Positions 10,204 through 21,200 of a stretch of 64,000 nucleotides of DNA are shown piece after piece. The stretch's first letter is position 1, and every line of letters begins with the position of its first letter. Below the pieces are notes generated by a model, which saw nothing but the letters and a program-made list of their open reading frames with translations, searched no databases and was not told the origin of the DNA. The DNA comes from Heterodontus francisci (lineage: Eukaryota): the NCBI RefSeq assembly GCF_036365525.1, contig NW_027140825.1, positions 1,426,001 through 1,490,000 on the forward strand, written 5' to 3'. Both the position numbers and the translations under genes were made by a program.

Positions 10204-12668
10204 GATCTGTGAGATTCGTTTCAGAGGAGGAGGCTCGTTATAAGCAATGTGATCAAACCGCCCCTGCTGCTGTGGAAACTGCAGACAGGTCGAATAACCA
10301 CTGTCACTGGCATTGTATTCCTTACAGAGCACCCTCTGGCCACATCATACCAACAAAATCTTAGAGGGCAACAGAGCTGGACAGGCAGAGGCCATCCCAG
10401 GGAACCCCACATAGGGAGAGATAAAGAGAGAATGAGAGAGAGAGCACAGCTGAGAGGGAGCAAGGGAGAGGTAGAGTGATGCAGAGACACAGAGAGAGAC
10501 AGACTGATCGGCAAAGCCACTGAGAGATGGAATGATTCAGGAAAAATAAGTTAGACAGAGAGAGAGAGAGAGAATGAGAGATATAGTGACAGATAGAGAG
10601 AATGAAGCAGTAGGAGGTGTAGAGACAGACAAGGAGAGACAGAGACAGAGCGATACAGAGGCAGAAAATGAGAGGAGATTGTAAGAATTAATGAGAGAGA
10701 GAGAGAGAATAAGAGTGAGTGTGTGTGAGAGAGAAATGGAGACAGACAGCAAGAGTAAGCGAGGAAATGAGAGGCGGGAAAGAGAGTGGAAGGAAAGAAG
10801 AGAGTGAGATAAAGAGAGAGAATGAGATTGGGTGTGTGTGTGAGAGACAGAAAGAGCAACAGAGCAGAGAGGAAATGAGAGAAGGAAGGAGAGACAGTGA
10901 TAAAGAGAGAGAATGAGAATGTGTGAGAGAGGAAAGATAACAAGAGCAACAGAGAGAGAGAAACAGACATGAAGAGAGAGAGCAAGGAAACAATTTTACT
11001 GAACTATGTTAACCTTTTTTAAAATCAATATTGGTGAAGTCTGCTGTTCCCCTGGAGGAGAAACCCCCCCAAAAATACAAAAGCAACTGCAGCAGAATAA
11101 AAATCCTAACAAATTGAACAATAACTTCAACAGGAGTAAAAAAAAAACAACAATAAATTCAGCAACAACCTCAACAAGAAAGACACAAACAAATTCAACA
11201 ACAACCTCAACAGGAAATAGCACAAATAAATACAACAACTTCAACAGGAAAAAGCACAAACAAATTCAACAACAACTTCAACAGGAAAAACACCGACAAG
11301 TTCAACAACAAATTCAAATGGGAAAATACCAACAAATTCAACAACAACTATAACAGGAGAAAAACACCTCCAAGTTCAACAACAAATTCAACAGGAAAAA
11401 CACCAACAAATTCAACAACAACCTCAACAGGAAAAACATCAACAAAGTCAACAACTTCAGTGGGAGAAAACACCAACAAAGTCAACAACAACTTCAGCAG
11501 GAGAAAAACAGCAAATTCAACAGAAACTTCAGCAGGAGAAAAACACCAACAAATTCAACAACAACTTCAGCAGGATCTGCACGTTGTCTGTTCATGGGAT
11601 CTTGCCTTTTAGAAAGTGGCTGCCACTGTTCCTACATTACAGCAGTGGCCGTACTTCGAAACAGTAGCAAAGAATATGGGAATAGCAAAACATGCGAGAT
11701 CTTGGGCTTCATAAATAGAGCCATTGAGTGCAAAAACTGGGAAGTTATGCTGAACATTTATAAAGCTCTGGTTAGGCCACAACTGCAAAATTGCATCCAG
11801 TTCTGGTCACCACACTTTAGGAAGGAGGTGAGGTTCCTTGAGAGGGTGCAGAGGAGATTTACCAGAATGGTTCCAGGAATGGAGGATTTTAGTTACAAGG
11901 TAAGGTTGGAGAAGCTGGGGTTGTTCTCCCTGGAGAAACTGAGATTGCGTGGAAACCTGAGGGAGGTGTACAAGATTGTGACAGGTTTAGATAAAGATTA
12001 CAAAGAAAAGCTGCTCCTCACCCAGGAGTCAGTCCCCAGCTCCACTGACTGGTCCCACACTGTTGGTGTTCCTGCTCTTCGCTCCAGCTGCAGGGAATTT
12101 ACAGCCCGACACGTCCTTGCCGACCTTTTTGGTCCACACGAACGTCGTTCCACGCCCTCTTCATCTCGCCCCCAGCCACATCTCCTTCTGTTCCTCTCTC
12201 CCTCATGTCCTATCCAACTGCCCCCCTCCCCCCCAGCTTAAATACATCTTCCCTATTCCTCTCATCCTGTGGTACTGAGTTCCACATTATCCCCACTCTC
12301 TGGGTGAAGATGTTTCTCTCAAATTTCCAATTAGATGTATTGGTGACTGTCTTATATTGACGCACCTGCCCCCTGTTTTTACTGGTCTCACCCGCAAATG
12401 CAAACATTTTTCTCTACATTTATCTGATCAAGACCCCTTTCATAATCTTAAATAGCTCTATCAGGTCACTCCTCAGCCTTCTCTTTTCTAGAGAAAAGAG
12501 CCCCAGTCTGTTCAGTCTTTTCCTGATCATTATAACCTCTCAGTTCTCGTATCATCCCTGAACATCTTTCTGTGTCTTCTGATGTCGAAGACATGTTCAC
12601 ACTGCAGTAGGTAAACCAAACAGGATACAGAGCTGCAGGCTTTTATCTGAAACAGGTGTTTCTATTGG

Positions 12669-12707
12669 TGTTTTTGTTGAACTGCTCCATCTCTCTGAGT
12701 TACTGTG
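12669..12707 (-). promoter_or_regulatory. 23-RSS
   Basis: CACAGTA + 23 nt + ACAAAAACA. Confidence 0.82.
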
Positions 12708-12910
12708 CAGACTCCAGGCACAGAAATGCACGGCCGAGTGATCCTCCCACAGGCTGGAGGACTCCAGGTTGAACTGGGCGTCAGTCGGTCACTTGGCGCT
12801 GAAACCCCCCCCCCCCCCCCCCCACCGTCCCCTCTGAAATCACACTTGGTACAGCTGGGGAGTAAAACATTATTTTGAAATAAGACCATGAGACTCAGTA
12901 ACAGATATAT
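12708..12910 (-). pseudogene. TCR beta V pseudogene, family B copy 2 (leader fused to the 3' half of V by an approximately 300-bp deletion)
   Basis: Start codon changed to ATA; leader joined directly to MFYS; 19-nt G run; in-frame TGA; ends ..SAVHFCAWSL followed by an RSS. Confidence 0.85.
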
Positions 12911-13369
12911 CTTCCACTGGAAGCTTATCCTGCAATTGGAAAATCAGTGGAAAGAAGAGAGTTGAGTCTTGTGAGAAGCCACATGAAGATTCAAGCAATT
13001 GATTCAGGTTTGCACAACACCTCCCTCCCTGATGGGAATCCTACGCCCCTCTCTCGACCATTGGCTGCCAGTAGTTGTTGTTGCATTTGTTGGTATAATT
13101 TTGTTGTATTTGTTATTGTATTTGCTGGTGTTTTTCTCCAACTGAGGTTGTTGAATTTGCTGGTGTTTGAATCTCCTGCTGATCTGTTGTTGAATTTATT
13201 GACGTTGTTCTCCTGCTGAGGTAGTTGTTGTTTTTGTTGGTATTTTCCCTGCTGAGGTTTTTGTTGTACTTCTTGTTTCCTTCCCTGCTTGAGTTGTTTA
13301 ATTTTTTTTTTGTTGAGGTTGTTGTTTTATTTTGGAGTTTTTTCCCTGCTGAGGTTATTTTCCGTTTTT

Positions 13370-14480
13370 TAACTCATTCATGGGATTTTGGGCGATACTG
13401 TTTGAGGCCAACAATTATTGTCCATCCCTAATTGCCCCTTGAGAAGGTGGTGGTGAGCTGCCTTCTTGAACCGCTGCAGTCCATGTTGGGTGGGTACACC
13501 CACAGTGCTGTTAGGAAGGGAGTTCCAGGATTTTGACCCACAGTTAGTGAAGGAACGGCCGATATATTTCCAAGTCAGGATGGTGTGTGACTTGGAGGGG
13601 AACCTGCAAGTGGTGATGTTCCCATGCATCTGCTGCCCTTGTCCTTCGAGGTGGTAGAGGTTGCGGGTTTGGAAGGTGTTGACGGAGGGAGCCTTGATGC
13701 ATTGCTGCAGTGCATCTTGTAGATGGTACACACTGCTGACACTGAGCATCAGTGGTGGAGGGAGTGAATGTTTGTAGATGGGGTGCCAATCAAGCGGGCT
13801 GCTTTGTCCTGGACGGTGTCGAGCTTCTTGAGTGTTGTTGGAGCTGCACCCATCCAGGCAAATGGACAGTATTCCATCACACTCCTGACTTGTGCCTTGT
13901 AGATGGTTAACAGGCTTTGGGGAGTCTGGAGGTGAGTTACTCGCTGCAGGATTCCTAGCCTCTGACCTGCTCTTGTAGCCACAGTATTTATATGGCTACT
14001 CCAGTTCAGATTCTGTTCAATGGCAATCCCCAGGATGTTGACAGTGGGGGATTCAGCGATGGTAATGCCATTGAATGTCAAAGGGAGATGGTTATATTCT
14101 CTCTTGTTGTAGATGGTCAATGCCTGGCACTTGTGTGGCGCGAATGTTACTTGCCACTTATCAGCCCAAGCCTGGATGTTGTCCAGGTCTTGCTACATCT
14201 GGAAACAGGCTGCTTCAGAATCTGAGCTGTCGCGAATGATGCTGACCATTGTGAAATCATCAGTGAACATCCCCACTCTGACCTTATGATTGAAGGGAAT
14301 TTCATTTATGAAGCCGTTGGAGATGGTGGAACAGGACGTACCCGGGGATGGCGATAGCGAGGTCTGTGACATTGTCTGTAAGGCATGATTCCTTGAGTAT
14401 GACTATGTCAGGTTGTTGCTTGACAGCTCTCCCAACCTTGGCACAAGGCCCGAAATGTTGGTAAGGAGGACCGTGCAGAT
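13370..14480 (-). mobile_element. CR1-clade LINE 3' portion (RT), paralog at 61580-62710
   Basis: IYKAQVRSVMEYCPFAWMGAAPTTLKKLDTVQDKAARLIG; broken frames. Confidence 0.85.
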
Positions 14481-14719
14481 TCAACATGTTGTTGCATCTG
14501 CTGCTGTTTTTCACCTGCTGAAGTTGTCTTTGTTGCTTTTCTCCTCCTGACGCACTTCTTGAATTCTGTTGGTGTTTTTTTCTCCTCCTGACATTGGTTG
14601 GTGAGCTTTTTTTTGCCAACGTTGCTTCTGAATTTGTTGGTGTTTTCCCTCGCTGAGGCTGTTGTTGAATTTGTTGATGCTTTTCGTGCTGAGGTTTTTG
14701 TTGTGTTTGTTGTATTGCC

Positions 14720-15150
14720 CGGAGGAGGTTACAGAGATAGGGAGGGTTGTAGGGCTGGAGGAGGTTACAGTGATAGGGAGTATTGTAGGGGCTGGAGGAA
14801 GTTACAGAGAGAGGGAGGGTTGCAGGTCTGGAGGAGGTGACAGCGATAGGGAGGGTTGTAGAGCTGGAGAAGGTTACAGAGATAGGGAGTATTGTCGGGG
14901 CTGGAGGAGGTAACAGAGATAGGGAGGGTTGTCGGGGCTGGAGGAGGTTACATCGATAGGGAGAGTTGTCGTGTCAGGAGGAGGTTACTGAAATAGGGAA
15001 GCTTGTAGGGGGCTGGAGGGGGTTATGGAGATAGGGAGGGTTGCATTACCTTAAGCAGGATACAGACATAGGGAGGATTGGAGGAGCTGGAGGAGGTTAC
15101 AGAGAGAGGGAGGGTTGCAGGGGCTGGAGGAGGTTACAGAGACAGGGATA
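14720..15150 (+). repeat. 37-bp minisatellite (ggaggaggttacagagatagggagggttgtaggggct)n
   Basis: Period of about 37; same array at 62958-64000. Confidence 0.9.
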
Positions 15151-15999
15151 ATTGTCACTGTTCATCGAGTGTACTCAGTGTTAACCCCAGTATCATTCTG
15201 GTGAATCTCAGCTGTATCTGGTCTCAGGCAAACAGCTGCTTGTTGAGGAAGGTGCCCAGACTGTGTGCAATATTCCAAATGTAGTCTAACCAGAGCCTCC
15301 TACAACTGTGGCATTACCTCCAAACCCTTTGCATTGTAGCTTCATCCATTAATCACACGTTCCACAATGCATGACTGGATGCACGCATACACCACACACA
15401 CTCTCCCAACCCTCTCTCTCTCCCACCCCCTCTCTCTCCTCAGTTTGTTTGACTATGTTGTTAGTTGTGCATCTTTGTCCTTCAGCTGATCTTATCTGTG
15501 CCTCTGATATGAAGAGTCTATTGTTCTCAGTCCTTGACAAACACAACAGCTTCCTGCTTTGCAAAAGTTGACATTTTCCTAGTTGACACACGGCACAACA
15601 TTCAAATCTGTTAGTCCCAGGGAATGCAAATATCAAAGCCGGCTCAGAAGAGCTAATGGGCCCATTGTGGGACTGAATGAATATCTGACAACCTGGCATG
15701 GACACAGGGGCACTGACAGAATCAGCAATCCAGAGAGAATGGAAACTGTGGAAACTATCAGGGACGAGGCGTTGGACATGGGCTGGTTGGAACTGAGATG
15801 CACATTCAGACGCCCCTTTTCACAGGCAGTGTAACATTGAATAACAATGTGCTGCAAGGTGATTGTGATTACTGAGGGGACAGTGACATTGTGATTCTGT
15901 CACAGGAATATTATCTAGAACCCTGGACTGACTGCACTGCCCAATGTGCTAATGATCTAACAGAGAAATGTGGGGACAGACGAATCCCACCCAATCAGA

Positions 16000-16700
16000 A
16001 ACAAATCCTCGAATAGTCCAACAGAGGGAGGCCATTCGGCCCATCGAGGGTTTGTCATCTCTTTCGAAAATCAACCCAGTTAATCCAACTCCCCACACTT
16101 TCACACATAATTCCCTCATTTAATTCCCCTTCAAGTGTTGAGCCAATTCCCTTTTTGAATAATACCATTGAATTTCCACCACCCTATCAGACATTGCCCT
16201 CCAAATCCAAACCACTCATGATATTAAAAAACATTTATCCTCATGTCACCTCTGGTACCTTTGCCCATCACATTAAAGATGTGCCCTCTGGTGATCTATC
16301 GAATCTCCCCTTAACCTTCTCTACTCTAAGGAGAACTCCCCTTTCTAGCCCAGTCTTTTTACTTGACTGAAATTCCTCACCAACTGAACCATCCGAGAAA
16401 TTTTCTTCTGCATCCTCTCCAAAGCCGACAGGTCTTTCCCAAAGTGTGGTGCCCAGAATTGGGCACAATGTTCCAACAGGGACCGAACTGGTGTTTTATA
16501 CAGGTTTGGCATGACTCCCGGACTTTTGTACTCGACCTCTCTATTTCCAAAGCCCAGACTGGAATATGATTTATTAATCGCTTTCTCAACCTCCTCTGCC
16601 ACCTTTAAATATTCCTGCACAAGCCCCCCCAGGTCTCTCTGTTCTTGCACCACTTCACAAATTGTTTTGTTTCATCTCTCCTCATTCTTGCAGTCAAAAT
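16000..16700 (-). mobile_element. Degenerate CR1 fragment
   Basis: LYKTPVRSLLEHCAQFWAPHF. Confidence 0.75.
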
Positions 16701-17587
16701 CAAACATATCAAAGACTAATCCCACCCATATCTGGGACAAATTACCTGCTTATTATTATTCGGTCAGTCATGGACAATGGTCTGCCAGTAACTCTATAAA
16801 GTTTACATGCAACACTTTTCCTTCCAAAAAACAACATCCTCGGTGGTTCTTGTATTGGAGTTTATACCTGAAGCCCACTGCTATCTCAATGTTGGCAGTT
16901 GAGGAGCAGTCAGTGACTGAGACATTAACATCTGGTCAGGGACCCCTCACAATATCCCATGTCCTGAATACTCAAACACTCTCTCACTGAGAAATTTATG
17001 TCCTCCTCATTCTGGTTTGTATGTGTTACTAACGCTGTATCTGTGCTATTTCGGAGATGGTATCACTGTCGCTGATGTGAGGATTTCATTGTTCTCATTC
17101 TGTGACTATATTCTGAAAAACACAATCATTTACTTTAACCCCATCGACCTCAAGGAGGAAAATGGAAGTCCGATCATTTGTCTCTCTGGAACATCTTGTT
17201 TCTCTGCCCCCTCTCATCATCCCCCCAATACTGACCCACTACTGATAAGAGAGGCATGTCTCCTGTGAATATTCTCTCCCTAATACTTAATGCCTATGAA
17301 AGATCAAATATACACAGCCAACTGGCAAATACTAACTATAATATTCAGAGTCCCAGCCCCAGGCTCCAATCTCCCTACACACTCTCTGTTGGGTAACTGA
17401 AGACAAGTTATGTTACAACAGCAAAGCCCCGTGGGTTAGCATGGTCCCAGGAGAAATATTAATTTGGTTTATTATGGCAGCTACTTTAACCAAAAGGCCT
17501 TCGTTTGCATAGATTATGTAATGTCATTCATCATTACTAAATGTTAATATTTCAGCCAACCAGCACTGCAGTCAATCCGTCGTGGTG

Positions 17588-17717
17588 TATATAGGAGTTG
17601 GAGCTGACACTGAGACTGACACTGTTCACAGCAGAGTGGACCCGAGACTGAGGAGCAAGCAGCTGGAACTGAACCGACAACATCTCCCACCCAGTGACAC
17701 CTCCATTGGAGACTCTG
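17588..17717 (+). promoter_or_regulatory. Candidate TATA box and non-coding first exon of the D8C gene
   Basis: TATATAG at 17588; strong donor TG|gtaagc at 17718; about 450 bp upstream of the ATG exon acceptor. Confidence 0.5.
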
Positions 17718-18183
17718 GTAAGCAGTCGGGTATGGGAGGACTGTTAGAAAAAGCAAAGGAGTTTGTCACTTGCTAGGTATTGACCCAGGGGGTGTGTGTC
17801 CTGCTTCTCCTGAAACAACACCATCTCCATGAATAACCTTTGTCAGAAATTCAAAGAGGTTTGTTTCAGGGATGCAGGAGACAGACCTGGAGGAGAGAGT
17901 CAGGAACACATGTGGTTTATTCATAAAAGCTTTGGAGAGTGGAAAGGGTGAAGGATTGGAGTCAAGTTCCTGATGTTTAACAAGAACATGTAGCTGAGCT
18001 CACCTCTGTCTGTAAGAGCCCCAGTGAGAGAGAGATAATTAGATGGAGCTCACCTCTCTAAAACAGATATACTGACAAACTCCTCGGCAACTCCCTATTT
18101 AATATTCCCTCCAATTTCCCTACTCGGTAATCTCTCTCAAATGTTTGTCTTGTGTTTCCCTTTCCAGAATCTCAGCCAGTAAG

Positions 18184-18217
18184 ATGTGGACTCTGCTGAT
18201 CATTCTGGGTTACCTGA
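18184..18217 (+). CDS. Signal-peptide exon MWTLLIILGYL
   Basis: Acceptor tttccag ending at 18167, ATG in an aagATG context, donor A|gtgagt (phase 1). Confidence 0.8.
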
Positions 18218-21200
18218 GTGAGTAACTTTCATTCTCGACAAAGTTCACCCCCAGTACAACTAGAACAAGCTGTGTTTATTCAAACCGTTACATAGAATAA
18301 TCTCCCAAGATGTTGCACAGAAATCTGATTGAAGAAATGTCTGACACACGGCAGGGAAGGAGATGATTGGAGGGCTGACTGTTAGTTTAAAAGAGCAGAC
18401 GGAGGTGGAGAGGCAGAAAGGTTTAGGAGGCCAGACATCTTGAAGCCACATCAGACACTGCTGGAGGAAAGGGAGTGGAGGGAAGTTCTACAGGAGGCTT
18501 GGGTCAGAGAAACAGAGATTTGGTGAAGATTACAGAAATGAGGTGGGAGAGGGCGGGAGAGGTCATGAAAGAATTTGAACAGGAAGATGGAAGTTGTACA
18601 TCAAAGGCGTTTGCAGCTGTGAACCAATGTGGGTCAGAGAGCACAGGGGTGATGTGTGACTTAAACTTTCTGCAAGATAACATACAACAGCAGTGTGTTG
18701 GAGGAGACCTGACTTCTGGAAAGTGGAAGCTGGGAGGCTGGCCAGGAGTGGATTAGAAGATTTGATTCTCTAGAAGGTAGAGGGTTTTTGGTAGAGGATT
18801 GGCTGAGGCAAAATCTGTGATGGTGGATATTAAGTAGGTTGTAATTGGATGCCCTTGTGATGAGGAGGCGACAGGGAAGGAAGCTGGGCACAGTCGGAAG
18901 CTGATGAGAAATTGGAGAGGGACAAGATAGATTCTCGGGGTACCATAGAGGTAACAGTGCTGGAGTGGGTAGGGAAGACACTGCAGGAGACTCTCTGCCA
19001 GAGACTAGACTGGGTTGAGTGGAAATAGGCCAGAGCAGTTCCACCCAGCTGGACATGGAAGGAGTGGTGTTGGCGATGGATAGTGTGGTGAATTGTGTCA
19101 AAGGCTGCCGACAATTCGAGAAGGATGATCAGAAACAGTATTCCTGACTTGGCTCTTGCAGCTTCACTGCTGCTCAAACACTTTACCAGTTCTTTGGTAA
19201 CTCTAGACTTGACTATTCCAAAGACCTCCTGGCTGATCTCTCACATTCCACCTTCTGTACATTTTTGTCATCCAAAATGATACTGCACAAGTCCCGTTCA
19301 CCTTTCATCTCCGTGCTCACTGACCTACACTGGCTCCCGGTTCAGCAAGGCCTGGATTTCAATATTCTCACAATCGTTTCCAGATCATTCTATCACCTCG
19401 CCGTTCCCTACCGCTGAAATCATCTCCAGCCCCACAACCCTCGGAGATCTCTGCGCTCCTCTAATTCAGGCCTCTTGAGTATTCCCGATTCGAATCCCTT
19501 CCACTATTGGCAGCTGTGACTTCACCTGCCGAGGCTTAATGCTATGGAATTCTATCCCTCAACTTCTCCGTCTCTCCACCTCTCTTTCCTCCTTTCAGAC
19601 ACTCCTTAAAACCTACCTCTTTGACAGAGCATTTGGCCACCTGTCCGACCAGCTGCTTCTGTGGATCGGTGTCAGTTCGGGATGGTAACACACCGATGAA
19701 GTGCTTTGGGACATTTTATTACATCAAAGGCTCTACAGAAATGCAGGTTGTTGTTGGTTTTGAGACTACACGTTCCCTCTGCAGGACCCACCAGTCACAC
19801 TGGGTCGCTTGTGCTCCACCTGGCAGTTCTCGCTCCTCCTCCACTTTACATCTTTCCTACTGGGATGAAGTGAAGCTGAGATATTTACTGCTTTCTGTTA
19901 CCTGAGAGCTGGTGGTTAATCTAGAATAGGGAGGACTGTCTGTGAGCAGTGAGTTAGAGGGGGAGGCTGAGCTGGGAGACAGATGGAAACCCAGTTTAGA
20001 GAAGGAGGACATTTTCCAGCTTTAATCTGGGGGGTTTTGACCAGGGCGGAGGGTGAAACTGAGATTATTGGTATTTTGGGAGGGTACAAGGCGTGTGTAA
20101 CATTAATTGTACTTTATATTAACATTAAACATCTTTCTGTCACTCAGTCACAGACTCCACACTCACTGACCCGTGTGTAAATCACACAGTCCTGGACCAG
20201 CCCTGGAGGAGCATCGATTGTAATGAGACTGAGTGCTCTGGTCAGGTGAAGTGTGATCAGAATCTTGCTCAAGGATGGTACAGATTTAAAAGGTAATGTA
20301 AAGGAACAAATTCTGGGTAAATCAGTTAATGAGGGAGGAGTAAGGGATTTCCCCCAGTTTCAGGTACTATCTGCTGTTACCAGTCTCTCTAACAGTTAAT
20401 ATTTACCATCAGTTCAGGGACTGACTCTGTGATTATTGTTTCAGTTCTGGTGGATGGAAGATTCCGGACACTGTTGTCCCAGATAGCCACTGCTCCACAC
20501 GTGCCTCAGGCTGGTTACAGGGTAATTTCCGTCTTAAAAATATCAGATTTACATTCACTGTCCAGCACTGTTCACATGGGTTACATTCTTCAATCTTTAT
20601 AAACTCTCATTTCAGGTTCCCATCCCAGTGTGGGAAATGGGGAAGTAACGAGGACAGTTTGTTTTAACAAGGCTGGAAATCGCTGTCACAAGACCCAGGA
20701 AATAAAGATCGAGAACTGCAGCAGTTATTTTGTTTATGAGTTGAAGCCTCCACCTGACTGTGAAGCTGTTTATTGTACAGGTAGATTGCTGTTCATGGTG
20801 CAGATGGGTGATTCTGGGATGTCCCGTGTCACCCATAGAAATGAGACAGTTTACTCACTGCCCTCCTTTTTGTAAGGGACACAGTGAATAAAAGATCTGT
20901 AAAACAGAGTGAACTCTTCACTAAAACTCTAGGGAACTGAAACATGCGCTCGCTGTCTGGAGAGAGGGCTGGCATGTCTGGGTAGTATTCTGTCTGGTCT
21001 GCAATTGAGGAGATTCAGGTTTTCTGGTGAGTATCAGACACAGCAGCAGGATCCTGACAGACTCTATGTGAAGGGCAGTCACTCTCACCTCACCTCTTGA
21101 GTTCCACTCTTTTGTCCATGTTTGAACCACACTGTAATGAGGTCAGGTGCTGAGTGACCCCGGCGGAACCCAAACTGACCATCACTGAACAGGCGATTGC

